Shown piece by piece: positions 10,010-19,467 of a stretch of 64,000 nucleotides of DNA; positions within the stretch are counted from its first letter, which is position 1; each line of letters begins with the position of its first letter. The notes under the pieces were generated by a model. That model ran no database searches and was not told where the DNA came from. It saw nothing but the letters and a program-made list of their open reading frames with translations. The stretch spans positions 105,002 to 169,001 of the forward strand of contig CACFAO010000001.1 in the NCBI GenBank assembly GCA_902564295.1, in the 5' to 3' direction. The stretch comes from an uncultured Pelagibacteraceae bacterium (GTDB lineage: Bacteria; Pseudomonadota; Alphaproteobacteria; Pelagibacterales; AG-422-B15). The position numbers and the translations under genes were made by a program.

Positions 10010-10712
10010 TCGTTTGATTGTTTTTAGATTGATTAATTTTTTTCCAAATAGAGTGCTCGCCTAATGTTTGAATAAATTCTTCATGCAATTTTTTTTCTTG
10101 ATCAGAAATCCGTGGTGCTAAATTTCTATTCTTGATCTTTTCAATGTCAAAAGATGAGGTAGAATTCGCTTTTACCGACTTAGTGCTTAGATCCAGGCTT
10201 AGTTCGCGAGCATCCATTAGTTCTATGTAAACACGGACTAAGAGTTCGGTATCAATAGTAGCTGAATGTTTTTCCCTCTGCTTATTGTCGATTGCAAATC
10301 TTTTACAGAGGGCATCAAGTGAAACACTCTGGCCAGGAAATTTTTCTCTAGCAATCGAGACAGTGTCAATTTTATCATTTTTAAGAGATTCTTTGCCACA
10401 AGTATTAAGCTCGTAATTTAAGAAACCAACATCAAAGTCCACATTGTGAGCAATAATTGGATCCGTACCTAAAAACTCTAAGAACTCTGATACAATATGC
10501 TCGAACAAAGGTTTGTCTTTTAAAAATTCGTAGCTCAATCCATGCACCTTAAATGATGAATCAGGCACATCTCGCTGGGGGTTAATATATTGTTGGTATG
10601 TTTTACCAGTGGGAAGATAATCAATTATCTCTATTGCAGCAATTTCTATGACTCTGTGACCCTCTGAAGGCCTTAATCCGGTGGTTTCTGTATCAAGTAC
10701 GACTTGTCTCAT
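10002..10712 (-). CDS. dnaQ: DNA polymerase III epsilon subunit (3'-5' exonuclease)
   Basis: 236 aa with Exo I (VVLDTETTG), Exo II (IAHNVDFDVGFL) and Exo III (HSATIDTELL). Confidence 0.9.
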   Translation of the reverse strand: MRQVVLDTETTGLRPSEGHRVIEIAAIEIIDYLPTGKTYQQYINPQRDVPDSSFKVHGLSYEFLKDKPLFEHIVSEFLEFLGTDPIIAHNVDFDVGFLNYELNTCGKESLKNDKIDTVSIAREKFPGQSVSLDALCKRFAIDNKQREKHSATIDTELLVRVYIELMDARELSLDLSTKSVKANSTSSFDIEKIKNRNLAPRISDQEKKLHEEFIQTLGEHSIWKKINQSKNNQTSE

Positions 10713-11332
10713 TGATTAAAGAAGGTATTCCACGCCTTTGGATTAATCAATTTAATTTTTGCAGCAACTTCTTTTACCTCTGATTTGGTATCTTCAATAT
10801 TGCTGTCGGTTGAGATGATATAATCTGCTTTTTTTAATTTGTCCCTGTCTGGCATTTGCTGATCTTTAATAGCATTAAAAATCTCTAATGGTACTTTTCT
10901 CTCCAAAACCACTCTGGATTGTTGTGTTGCTTCAGAAGCTGTCACAACAACAGAAACGTCCACATATTTTTCTCCTCCAGTTTCAAAGAGTAGTGGGATG
11001 TCTAAAACACAACCCATCTTTCCTTCTTCAATTAATTTTTTTATATAAATTACTTGGTATTTCCTTGTAACGGGATGAACAATTTGTTCTAGATCTCTAA
11101 ATTTATCAGGGTCCTTATTTAAAATATCTCTTAATGCTAATCGATTGACTGCACCATTTTTCGTTGAGCCTGGAAATTGTCTCTCAACTTTTTCTATTAC
11201 TTCTGCATCGTTTTCGTAAATATAATGAACTGTATCGTCAGCATTATATACGCCGTAACCGTGCTCTTTAAACATTTGAGCAACTGTGGATTTTCCCATC
11301 CCAATAGATCCCGTTACACCAACCAACAACAC
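10709..11332 (-). CDS. coaE: dephospho-CoA kinase
   Basis: 207 aa with a P-loop (GVTGSIGMGKST) and the DIPLLFE motif. Confidence 0.9.
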   Translation of the reverse strand: MLLVGVTGSIGMGKSTVAQMFKEHGYGVYNADDTVHYIYENDAEVIEKVERQFPGSTKNGAVNRLALRDILNKDPDKFRDLEQIVHPVTRKYQVIYIKKLIEEGKMGCVLDIPLLFETGGEKYVDVSVVVTASEATQQSRVVLERKVPLEIFNAIKDQQMPDRDKLKKADYIISTDSNIEDTKSEVKEVAAKIKLINPKAWNTFFNQ

Positions 11333-12156
11333 TAGTTAACCCCCAATACACTCATTAAATCTTCATCGATCTTAGGTATTGTGTCGTGCCACAATTTGAA
11401 AGACTGTGCAGCTTGATGGATTAGCATCTCCAGTCCATTTTGAACTGTGCAGCCATTTTTCTCAGCGTGTCTTAGAAAAGTTGTCTTGCTTGGATTGTAT
11501 ATCAGATCATAAACGTGTGCAGATGAATTGAGGCTTTCAAAGTCTATTAAGTTGTTTTCTTCACCTTCTTGTTGTCCTAAGCTCGTGGTGTTGACAACTA
11601 ATTGTGAGGATCCGACAAACTCTCTGAGTGTTGTTTCTGTTAAGATTTTTGCTTCTACACCGAGGTCACTGCAGAGTGATTCTGCGTTTTCTCTTGTTCT
11701 ATTATAAATACCAATCTCACACTGCATGTGTGTTAGCGCATATACAACCGCCCTTGCTGATCCGCCAGCTCCAAGCACTAAACATAAATTGTTATTTAGG
11801 CCTCTGTTTGCAATCGATTTTTCAAAACCAATCGGGTCGGTGTTATCCCCGTAAACACCATCTTTATTTACTGTAAGCGTATTGACTGCTTTGAGAGCTC
11901 TTGCAACATCGGATGTGTTGTCGCAATATTTGTACGCGTCCTCTTTAAGGGGGACCGTAACGTTTAAACCGTAGTAGCCCTCTTCTATTAAGCGGTCAAC
12001 ATCCCTAATAAAGTTTTCTTTTTTTACATTTATTTTTTGGTAGGCGCCCACATCAATTTTCTCGCTTTCAATCCAGTGATTATGAATTTTAGGTGAAAGA
12101 CTGTGATCTATTGGGTCTCCAATAACTGCTGTTTTTTTATGTGCCATTGTTTTCAA
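11332..12156 (-). CDS. aroE: shikimate dehydrogenase
   Basis: 274 aa with GDPIDHSLSPKIHN, NVTVPLKE and GAGGSARAV. Confidence 0.9.
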   Translation of the reverse strand: MKTMAHKKTAVIGDPIDHSLSPKIHNHWIESEKIDVGAYQKINVKKENFIRDVDRLIEEGYYGLNVTVPLKEDAYKYCDNTSDVARALKAVNTLTVNKDGVYGDNTDPIGFEKSIANRGLNNNLCLVLGAGGSARAVVYALTHMQCEIGIYNRTRENAESLCSDLGVEAKILTETTLREFVGSSQLVVNTTSLGQQEGEENNLIDFESLNSSAHVYDLIYNPSKTTFLRHAEKNGCTVQNGLEMLIHQAAQSFKLWHDTIPKIDEDLMSVLGVN

Positions 12157-12742
12157 ATAGAAGATTGTTGTTCCAAAGGAACTGGGTTAATTGAATTAAT
12201 GATATGCCTTGTATTGAAAAAAGGTCACTCCCAATATTTTCAAAAAGTTTAATTCCTTCTTCCTCAATTGCATAGACACCTACAAGACCAAGAACGTTGT
12301 CATCGACTTTATTTAAATATTCTTTTATCAGGTCCTCGTTGAGCTTTCGCATTTGCATTTTAGATCTGTCTACATACTTCCAAATAATATTGTTGTCTTG
12401 AGCGACTGTTGTGACAGTTATGAGTGTGTGGATACATCCGCTCATTTTCAACAATTGGTCTTTTGCTTCGTTTCTATCCCTAGCCTTATTAATTAATTCA
12501 CCTTTTAGATCCAACCCCTGGTCTGATCCAATAACAAGGGCATTTTTATAAGACATTGAGGGTTTCAAGGCTTTCATCTCTGCAAGTTTAACCACTATCT
12601 CTTCGGGTGTATTTTCACTCATCGACAACTTTACCTCGTTCTCATCTACTCCATGAGCAACGGCCTCAAAGCTTATGCCGGCGTTGCGTAACAATTTAAT
12701 CCTTGTTTCGCTTTTTGATGCCAAAATTATATCTCTGTTCAT
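12137..12742 (-). CDS. maf: Maf-like nucleoside triphosphate pyrophosphatase
   Basis: 201 aa. ILASKSETRIKLL and the GAYAIE-like motif VGVYAIEEEG are present. Confidence 0.85.
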   Translation of the reverse strand: MNRDIILASKSETRIKLLRNAGISFEAVAHGVDENEVKLSMSENTPEEIVVKLAEMKALKPSMSYKNALVIGSDQGLDLKGELINKARDRNEAKDQLLKMSGCIHTLITVTTVAQDNNIIWKYVDRSKMQMRKLNEDLIKEYLNKVDDNVLGLVGVYAIEEEGIKLFENIGSDLFSIQGISLIQLTQFLWNNNLLFENNGT

Positions 12743-13016
12743 TAACCTGTATAAACCCCCTAAGACCTGTGAGTACTTTTACTATCTTTTCCCATCTTTA
12801 ATTTTTAACTTATTTTTCTATCTTTATAGAGAATTTTTGCAAACTTTGTTCACTTGTTAGAGATATTGCAGTTTTCTTCCACGTCGGTGTATAAGGTTAA
12901 AAAGCATATAAATCAAAGCGATTGTTCTGTGTATCGAATTGTGGGCAAAAAGCGACTTTTTATATATACACAATTCCACAGGAACATAAACAACTACAAC
13001 TATATATAATATTATA
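12743..13016. other. candidate chromosomal replication origin (oriC) in the maf/hemE divergent spacer
   Basis: At 274 bp this is among the largest non-coding spacers in the window. It is hemE-adjacent, as in characterised alphaproteobacterial origins, and it marks the local switch in gene orientation. It has AT-rich tracts (12956-12970, 13001-13016) and several degenerate DnaA-box-like 9-mers, the best being TGTGGGCAA at 12940-12948 (7/9). No perfect box is present. Confidence 0.4.
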
Positions 13017-14003
13017 ATGAGTATATTTATAGATACACTTAAGGGTCAAAAAACAAAACCAACACCAGTTTGGTTAATGAGACAAGCAGGAAGGCATTTG
13101 CCTGAATATATAAGTATCAGAAAACAGTTTACAAACCTTATGGACATGTTTCTTGATCCTTTGACAATATTTGAAGTTTCTTTGCAGCCTGTAAACAGAT
13201 ACGGTATGGATGCCTGTATTGTGTTTTCAGATATTTTAATAACCCCTTTTGCTGCGGGCTCAAGCGTTAGTTTCATTGATGGACAGGGTCCCGTAATAAA
13301 ATTTAATGAGAACATGAGTTATAATCTTGAAAAAACCTTACCTCTTGCAACAGGAATAAAAAAAATTAAAGAAAATACAGATGTCCCATTAATAGGATTT
13401 ACTGGCGGAGCATGGACGACATTGTTTTATTGTTTATATGAAAAGACTGAACGTCAAAAACTAAAATTTGAAGATGTAGAAAAAAAGACTCCACAAATAG
13501 ACAGTTTAATCGAGCGAATGACACAAGCAATTATTCAACACGCTGAAATGCAAATTGATTGTGGGATTGATGCCTTTCAAATATTTGAATCAGCGGCAGG
13601 ACACTTAAATGATGAACAGTTTAATAAATGGTGCGTCCAGCCTACAAAAAAAGTTATTGAGAGTATAAAAAAAATAAAAGACATTCCTATTATTGGCTTT
13701 CCTAGAAACACCAATCTTGCATGTTATAAAAAATATTCAAATATAGATAAGCTTGACTGTATTACCTTAGACTATAATTTTCCTTTAGATAAAATTAATG
13801 AGCTAAACGATAAAATTGTTTTTCAAGGAAACCTGGATCCTAAACACCTATTAAAAGACTCTCAAAATCTTAGTCAGAAAATTGAAGAAATATTGTTTGC
13901 TTTTAGAGAAAGACCACATATTTTTAATTTAGGACACGGAGTTTTACCCGAGACATCAATTGAGAAGGTTGAGCAAATGCTCTTACAGATAAGGTCAACA
14001 TGA
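13017..14003 (+). CDS. hemE: uroporphyrinogen decarboxylase
   Basis: 328 aa. PVWLMRQAGRHLPEY is the URO-D signature 1, and VFSDIL is also present. Confidence 0.93.
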   Translation: MSIFIDTLKGQKTKPTPVWLMRQAGRHLPEYISIRKQFTNLMDMFLDPLTIFEVSLQPVNRYGMDACIVFSDILITPFAAGSSVSFIDGQGPVIKFNENMSYNLEKTLPLATGIKKIKENTDVPLIGFTGGAWTTLFYCLYEKTERQKLKFEDVEKKTPQIDSLIERMTQAIIQHAEMQIDCGIDAFQIFESAAGHLNDEQFNKWCVQPTKKVIESIKKIKDIPIIGFPRNTNLACYKKYSNIDKLDCITLDYNFPLDKINELNDKIVFQGNLDPKHLLKDSQNLSQKIEEILFAFRERPHIFNLGHGVLPETSIEKVEQMLLQIRST

Positions 14004-15019
14004 AAACAGCGGTCGTTTTATTTAACTTGGGCGGACCAGATAAACAAGAAAGCGTAAAACCTTTTTTATTTAATCTGTTTAATGATCCAAACATATTTAG
14101 ACTTCCAAATCCCTTCAGGTATCTATTGGCAAGACTTATATCTTCCCGTCGTACCAAAGAGGCCACTGAAATTTATGCTGAAATAGGTGGTAAATCTCCT
14201 ATACTTGAAATTACAAACTCCCAAGCAGAGGCACTTCAGGAAGAGTTAAAAAACAAAGGTATCGAAAATAAGGTATTTGTTTGCATGAGATATTGGCATC
14301 CAATGACAGCCGAGGTCGTTTCAAAAGTCAAAGACTATAACCCAGACAAAATATTTTTACTGCCCCTTTATCCACAGTACTCCACCACCACAACAAAATC
14401 TTCTCTGGATGCATGGTTCAACGAAGCACAAAACCAGGAATTAAATACAAAAACAAAATACACCTGTTGTTACCCATATGACGCAAAATTAATTAAAGCC
14501 CATCAGAAACTGATCCAAGACAAAATAAACCACATCAAAGATAAAAAAGTAAGAGTTCTGTTCTCCGCTCACAGTTTACCTGTATCAATAATTAAAAAAG
14601 GTGATCCATATCAGTGGCAAGTGGAGCAAACAGTAAAGGCGGTCATGCTGGGCATTCATGGTTATGAAGATCATGTTTTGGCTTACCAAAGTAAAGTTAC
14701 CCCGGTTAAATGGCTTGAACCAACAACACCAAGTGAAATTGAGAATGCAATTAACGAAGATAGGGCGCTGGTTATTGTCCCAATTGCGTTTGTCTCGGAT
14801 CACTCTGAAACACTTGTTGAATTAGATATTGAGTACCAAGAACTTGCAAGCGAACTAGGCTGTAAGCATTATTATAGATCTGAGTCTTTAAATATTGATC
14901 AAACATTTATAGAAAGCTTATCTGAAATAGTTAGTGAGTCAGAGAAAGTTGAAAGCGGAAATATCAGGCAAAAGATATGCCCAGCAACGTTTAAACAATG
15001 TGATCAAGAATTAAGATGA
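14000..15019 (+). CDS. hemH: ferrochelatase
   Basis: 339 aa with LFNLGGP, LPLYPQYS, FSAHSLP and the SDHSETL-type motif. Confidence 0.93.
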   Translation: MKTAVVLFNLGGPDKQESVKPFLFNLFNDPNIFRLPNPFRYLLARLISSRRTKEATEIYAEIGGKSPILEITNSQAEALQEELKNKGIENKVFVCMRYWHPMTAEVVSKVKDYNPDKIFLLPLYPQYSTTTTKSSLDAWFNEAQNQELNTKTKYTCCYPYDAKLIKAHQKLIQDKINHIKDKKVRVLFSAHSLPVSIIKKGDPYQWQVEQTVKAVMLGIHGYEDHVLAYQSKVTPVKWLEPTTPSEIENAINEDRALVIVPIAFVSDHSETLVELDIEYQELASELGCKHYYRSESLNIDQTFIESLSEIVSESEKVESGNIRQKICPATFKQCDQELR

Positions 15020-15459
15020 ATTCAATTTTCTTATATAATTTATTTCTTAGTTTACACATCATCAGCGTTATAGCTTGGATGGCCGGTTTATTATATTTGC
15101 CAAGATTATTTGTTTATCATTGGAGTAAAGAGGTGGGGTCTGACTCGTCAGAGACTTTTAAATTAATGGAATTACGTTTACTTAAAATTATTATGAATCC
15201 AGCAATGATATTTTCATGGTTGTTTGGTTTAGCGTTGATATCAAATTTGGGTATTGATGCGCTGTTTCAACTGTGGCTTCAGTTAAAAATCATATTTGTG
15301 ATCCTCTTGTCTGGAGTTCATGGGTATTTCTCAAAATTAACAAGAGAGTTTCAAGAAGATAAAAGGCCAAAATCAGAGCGTTTTTTTAGAATTATCAATG
15401 AATTTCCAACGGTTTTGATGATAATTGTCGTATTTCTAGTTATTTTTAAACCAATATAA
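15016..15459 (+). CDS. hemJ: protoporphyrinogen IX oxidase, HemJ type
   Basis: 147 aa, 4 TM. LHIISVIAWMAGLLYLPRLFVYH is the HemJ (UPF0093) signature. It is translationally coupled to hemH. Confidence 0.8.
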   Translation: MNSIFLYNLFLSLHIISVIAWMAGLLYLPRLFVYHWSKEVGSDSSETFKLMELRLLKIIMNPAMIFSWLFGLALISNLGIDALFQLWLQLKIIFVILLSGVHGYFSKLTREFQEDKRPKSERFFRIINEFPTVLMIIVVFLVIFKPI

Positions 15460-15536
15460 AACTTGCTATATTTAACGATTACGGTTAGAAAGCAGCTTCC
15501 AAACTATTTTCCACATTATCATCATCACTAATACGA

Positions 15537-16802
15537 ATGGCTAAAAACTTAAAATTAAGAGACCTTAAGAAAAAAACTCCACAAGAACTTCTTGTTTATG
15601 CAGAGGAACTTGGCGTTGAAAACGCCAGTTCAATGCGTACACAAGATATGCTTTTCGAGATATTGAAAACTCTTGCGAGTGATAATAAAGATATAGATGG
15701 TGAGGGAGTTTTAGAAGTTTTACAGGATGGGTTTGGTTTTTTAAGATCAATGGAAGCAAATTATCTTCCAGGTCCTGATGATATTTATGTAAGCCCAAGT
15801 CAAATTAAAAGATTTGGATTAAGATCAGGAGACACTGTTGAAGGTCCAATTAGGGCACCAAAGGACGGTGAACGTTATTTTGCATTATTAAAAATTGATA
15901 CAATCAACTACGAAGCAACCGAAAAAAGTAGAAACAAAATTAACTTTGATAACTTGACACCTCTTTATCCTGATGAGCAAATCAGATTAGAAACCGAAAA
16001 ACCAGCAAGCGATCAAAGTTCAAGAGTAATTGATTTAGTTGCACCAATTGGTAAAGGTCAAAGAGCTCTTATTGTTTCACCGCCAAGAACTGGTAAAACG
16101 GTATTACTTCAAAATATTGCACATTCAATTACTGATAATCATCCAGAATGTTATTTAATGGTTCTATTAATTGATGAGAGGCCAGAGGAGGTTACAGATA
16201 TGCAACGCTCTGTAAAAGGAGAGGTTGTCAGCTCAACATTTGATGAGCCCGCATCTCGTCACGTGCAGGTTGCCGAGATGGTTATTAATAAAGCAAAAAG
16301 ATTAGTAGAGCATAAAAAAGATGTCGTTATTCTTTTAGACTCCATTACAAGACTGGGTCGTGCTTATAATACGGTTGTTCCAAGTTCGGGAAAAGTATTA
16401 ACAGGTGGTGTTGATGCAAATGCACTACAAAGACCAAAGAGATTCTTTGGTGCGGCCAGAAATATTGAAGATGGCGGTTCATTAACTATTATTTCAACTG
16501 CTTTGATTGATACAGGTAGTAGAATGGATGAGGTAATTTTTGAGGAATTTAAAGGTACCGGTAACTCAGAAATTATTTTGGATAGAAAAGTTGCTGATAA
16601 AAGAATATATCCTGCAATTGATATTACTAAGTCTGGTACTCGAAAAGAAGAGATACTGCTTGATAAAGACGAGCTTCAGAAAATGTATGTTCTCAGACGT
16701 ATTTTGAACCCAATGGGAACAATGGACTCTATTGAGTTTTTATTAGGTAAACTAAAAGAAACTAAGGATAACGCAGATTTCTTTCAGTCAATGAATAAGT
16801 AG
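15537..16802 (+). CDS. rho: transcription termination factor Rho
   Basis: 421 aa with the N-terminal RNA-binding domain ([14 protein letters not shown]), Walker A (PPRTGKT) and the LIDERPEEV motif. Confidence 0.97.
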   Translation: MAKNLKLRDLKKKTPQELLVYAEELGVENASSMRTQDMLFEILKTLASDNKDIDGEGVLEVLQDGFGFLRSMEANYLPGPDDIYVSPSQIKRFGLRSGDTVEGPIRAPKDGERYFALLKIDTINYEATEKSRNKINFDNLTPLYPDEQIRLETEKPASDQSSRVIDLVAPIGKGQRALIVSPPRTGKTVLLQNIAHSITDNHPECYLMVLLIDERPEEVTDMQRSVKGEVVSSTFDEPASRHVQVAEMVINKAKRLVEHKKDVVILLDSITRLGRAYNTVVPSSGKVLTGGVDANALQRPKRFFGAARNIEDGGSLTIISTALIDTGSRMDEVIFEEFKGTGNSEIILDRKVADKRIYPAIDITKSGTRKEEILLDKDELQKMYVLRRILNPMGTMDSIEFLLGKLKETKDNADFFQSMNK

Positions 16803-16803
16803 A

Positions 16804-17343
16804 CTATCCTTCCGCCCTCATCAACGACCTTATCTGATAACTTTTAGAAATCTTTTTTGATCCCTCAAGGTTCCATAAATCAATTATCATAAAAAATTCA
16901 ATTTTCTTAACTCCAAGTTTTGAAATTAGCTTTGCGGCCGCACTAGCTGTTCCACCGGTTGCAATTAAGTCATCGACAATCAAAACCTTATCTCTAGAAG
17001 TGATCGAGTTTTTGTGTACCTGGATTTCATCCATTCCATACTCTAGCTTGTATTTTTGTTTGACTATTTTTCCTGGAAGTTTCCCTTTTTTTCTTATAGG
17101 AATAAAAGGTAAGCCAAGCTTGTAGGCAACAGCTGATCCAAAGATAAAGCCTCTCGCTTCTATGCCAGCTACTTTAGTAAATTTATTTTTTTTACAGTAT
17201 TTAGAAATTTCATTAACAACTTCGGTAAAAAGCCTCTTACTGTCTGTGATTGAAGTTATATCTTGAAACTGAATACCTTTTTTTGGAAAATTAGGAATTA
17301 CTCTAATTTTCTTTTCAAGATTATTTTTTAGTTTTTTGTTCAA
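16804..17343 (-). CDS. apt: adenine phosphoribosyltransferase
   Basis: 179 aa with the PRPP-binding motif VLIVDDLIATGGT and FPKKGIQFQDIT. Confidence 0.92.
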   Translation of the reverse strand: MNKKLKNNLEKKIRVIPNFPKKGIQFQDITSITDSKRLFTEVVNEISKYCKKNKFTKVAGIEARGFIFGSAVAYKLGLPFIPIRKKGKLPGKIVKQKYKLEYGMDEIQVHKNSITSRDKVLIVDDLIATGGTASAAAKLISKLGVKKIEFFMIIDLWNLEGSKKISKSYQIRSLMRAEG

Positions 17344-17776
17344 TGTTCAGTAAATTTCTTTTAGTACTTAATCCACCCACTGATGTAAATCCTGTGAGTT
17401 TGCCGTCACTTCCAACTACTCTGTGACATGGAACTGTCATCATAAGATTATTTTTTCCCAATGCTCCCCCTACAGCTCGGGGCGAAGTTCTCAACTTCCT
17501 TGCAATGTCCCCATAAGTTGTCGTCCTACCATAAGGTATCCGTCGTAAATAATTCCAAACACGATTTTGAAATTTTGTGCCCATTTGTCTCGTTGGAAAA
17601 TTAAGAGATCGTCTTTTGCGCGCAAGATACATTTTAATTTGAAGCGCAGATCTTTTTAGAAGCTTATCCTCTGTTTTGTTAGGCTTTTTCCTTGTTCTAT
17701 GAACTGCAATTATTCTATTTTTGCTCGAGACAAGCTCAATATTGCCAATGATTGATTTGAAAACGTAGCTGCTCAT
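17321..17776 (-). CDS. ogt: methylated-DNA--protein-cysteine methyltransferase
   Basis: 151 aa with the active-site motif PCHRVV and the YGDIA helix. Confidence 0.85.
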   Translation of the reverse strand: MSSYVFKSIIGNIELVSSKNRIIAVHRTRKKPNKTEDKLLKRSALQIKMYLARKRRSLNFPTRQMGTKFQNRVWNYLRRIPYGRTTTYGDIARKLRTSPRAVGGALGKNNLMMTVPCHRVVGSDGKLTGFTSVGGLSTKRNLLNIEQKTKK

Positions 17777-17806
17777 ATATATAAGATATTATAATTTTTT
17801 GACCTT

Positions 17807-18127
17807 ATGACTAACAAATTTTTTGAAAGACACGTATTTTTTTGCACAAACCAAAGACCCGAAGGTCATCCAAAAGGTTGTTGCGCTACTAAAAATTCAA
17901 CTGTGCTACGAGCCTATATGAAGAAAAAAACAAAAGAATTAGTCTCGGATAAGAAAATAAGAATAAATGCATCAGGCTGTTTAGATCATTGTGAATTTGG
18001 TCCTACACTTGTTGTTTATCCAGATAATGTTTGGTATTCGTGTAAAACAGAAGAAGAGGTGGACGAAGTAATTAATGAACATCTGATCAACGACCGTATT
18101 GCCGAAAATCTCCAAATAAAAAAATGA
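17807..18127 (+). CDS. thioredoxin-like [2Fe-2S] ferredoxin-domain protein
   Basis: 106 aa. The Cys pattern (FFCTN...GCC, then SGCLDHCEFGP) and the LVVYPDNVWY motif are typical of this family. Confidence 0.7.
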   Translation: MTNKFFERHVFFCTNQRPEGHPKGCCATKNSTVLRAYMKKKTKELVSDKKIRINASGCLDHCEFGPTLVVYPDNVWYSCKTEEEVDEVINEHLINDRIAENLQIKK

Positions 18128-19419
18128 CAATTTTTGCACTATCAACTGCCAGCGGTGTTGCGGGGTTAGCGGTTGTAAGAGTCTCGGGACATCTAGCGCT
18201 CACCGCTCTTAAAACAATTTCTAGAAGGAGTCACTTCGATCCGAACGTCTTAACAAAATCAGAATTTTATGATCCAGAAAGCGGTAACTTAATTGACAAA
18301 GGTCTCGCTGTGTTTTTCTCAAAACCCAAAAGTTTCACAGGTGAAGATGTTGTTGAGTTTCATGTTCATGGCGGCCATACAACTGTTCAGCTCTTACTCA
18401 AATCACTTTCTAATATTGATCAGTTAAGACTTGCTCAACCTGGTGAATTTTCAAAAAGAGCATTTGTAAATAACAAAATGGATCTTACAGCAATTGAAGC
18501 CATGGGGGATCTAATTAATGCGCAAACTGAAATTCAACATAATCAAGCACTGTCCCAGATGAATGGCTCATTGAATAAATTATATTTATCATGGAGAAAG
18601 TCTCTAATAGAGTTAGTTGCTTATCTCGAAGCGGATATAGATTTTGCAGATGAAGACATTCCTGAAAATGTTCTTAACAACATCAATTCAAAAATTGAAA
18701 AACTTTTAGACGAAATGAATGAGCACTTAAAACAACGTAATCAAGGAGAAATATTAAGAGACGGTTATAAAGTCGCCATCATTGGATCTCCAAATGTTGG
18801 TAAATCAAGTTTGATAAATTCACTTGCTAATCGTGATGTTGCAATTGTGTCTGATAGGGAGGGCACGACCAGAGACGCGATTGAAGTAAGGCTAAATATT
18901 GCTGGATTTCCAGTCATTTTAACAGACACTGCGGGTTTAAGAGACACTGAAGACGAGATCGAAAAAAAAGGAATTGAAATAACTCAAAGTAAAATAAAAG
19001 AAGCAAATTTAGTTTTGGAATTATTTGATGATCCAAATGATGTTGAGTTACATCAGGATCGACTTACAGTTCTAAATAAATGTGACTTGCATAGTAATTA
19101 TAAAAAAGAAGGCTGTATCAATATTTCAGTTTCAAATGGAAGTGGTATTGATAATTTAATCAATAAAATTGCTGAGCACGTATCAAGCAAATTCATAAGT
19201 TACACCGATACAATACCAACAAAGACTCGATACATTCTAGGTGTTCAAAATTCAATACAAAGCTTACTAAATGCAAAAAGTATCGATTTAAAAGTTAATT
19301 CTGAACTTATGGTTGAAGAGTTAAGATTAGCCATTCAAGAAATTGGAAAAATAACTGGTCATGTTGATGTTGAAGAATATTTAGAAGTTATTTTTAAAGA
19401 TTTTTGCATCGGTAAATAA
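18124..19419 (+). CDS. mnmE: tRNA modification GTPase MnmE
   Basis: 431 aa. TIFALST, G1 (GSPNVGKSS), DTAGLR and the C-terminal FCIGK motif are present. Confidence 0.95.
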   Translation: MTIFALSTASGVAGLAVVRVSGHLALTALKTISRRSHFDPNVLTKSEFYDPESGNLIDKGLAVFFSKPKSFTGEDVVEFHVHGGHTTVQLLLKSLSNIDQLRLAQPGEFSKRAFVNNKMDLTAIEAMGDLINAQTEIQHNQALSQMNGSLNKLYLSWRKSLIELVAYLEADIDFADEDIPENVLNNINSKIEKLLDEMNEHLKQRNQGEILRDGYKVAIIGSPNVGKSSLINSLANRDVAIVSDREGTTRDAIEVRLNIAGFPVILTDTAGLRDTEDEIEKKGIEITQSKIKEANLVLELFDDPNDVELHQDRLTVLNKCDLHSNYKKEGCINISVSNGSGIDNLINKIAEHVSSKFISYTDTIPTKTRYILGVQNSIQSLLNAKSIDLKVNSELMVEELRLAIQEIGKITGHVDVEEYLEVIFKDFCIGK

Positions 19420-19467
19420 AAAAATAATTGATTGCAATTAGTCTAAGTTAATTTAATTAACTTAATC

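Noticed and set aside
12798-12911. CtrA-type binding motifs (TTAA-N7-TTAA) in the candidate origin.
   Set aside because: Only imperfect versions are present: TTAA-N7-CTTA at 12798-12812 and TTAA-N7-ATAA at 12897-12911. In DNA this AT-rich, such near-matches are expected by chance.
14368-14376. A perfect DnaA box, TTATCCACA.
   Set aside because: It lies inside hemH, where it encodes part of the conserved ferrochelatase motif LPLYPQYS. It is isolated, with no neighbouring boxes or AT-rich unwinding element, so it is probably a by-product of coding constraint. Similar 8/9 matches occur inside hslU (about 7034) and the DUF1302 gene (about 55912).
19445-19463. A 19-bp AT-only palindrome, AAGTTAATTTAATTAACTT, between mnmE and mnmG.
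   Set aside because: It contains almost no G or C, so a hairpin would be very weak, and palindromes of this kind arise easily in AT-rich spacers. There is no T tract or other supporting signal for a terminator or operator.
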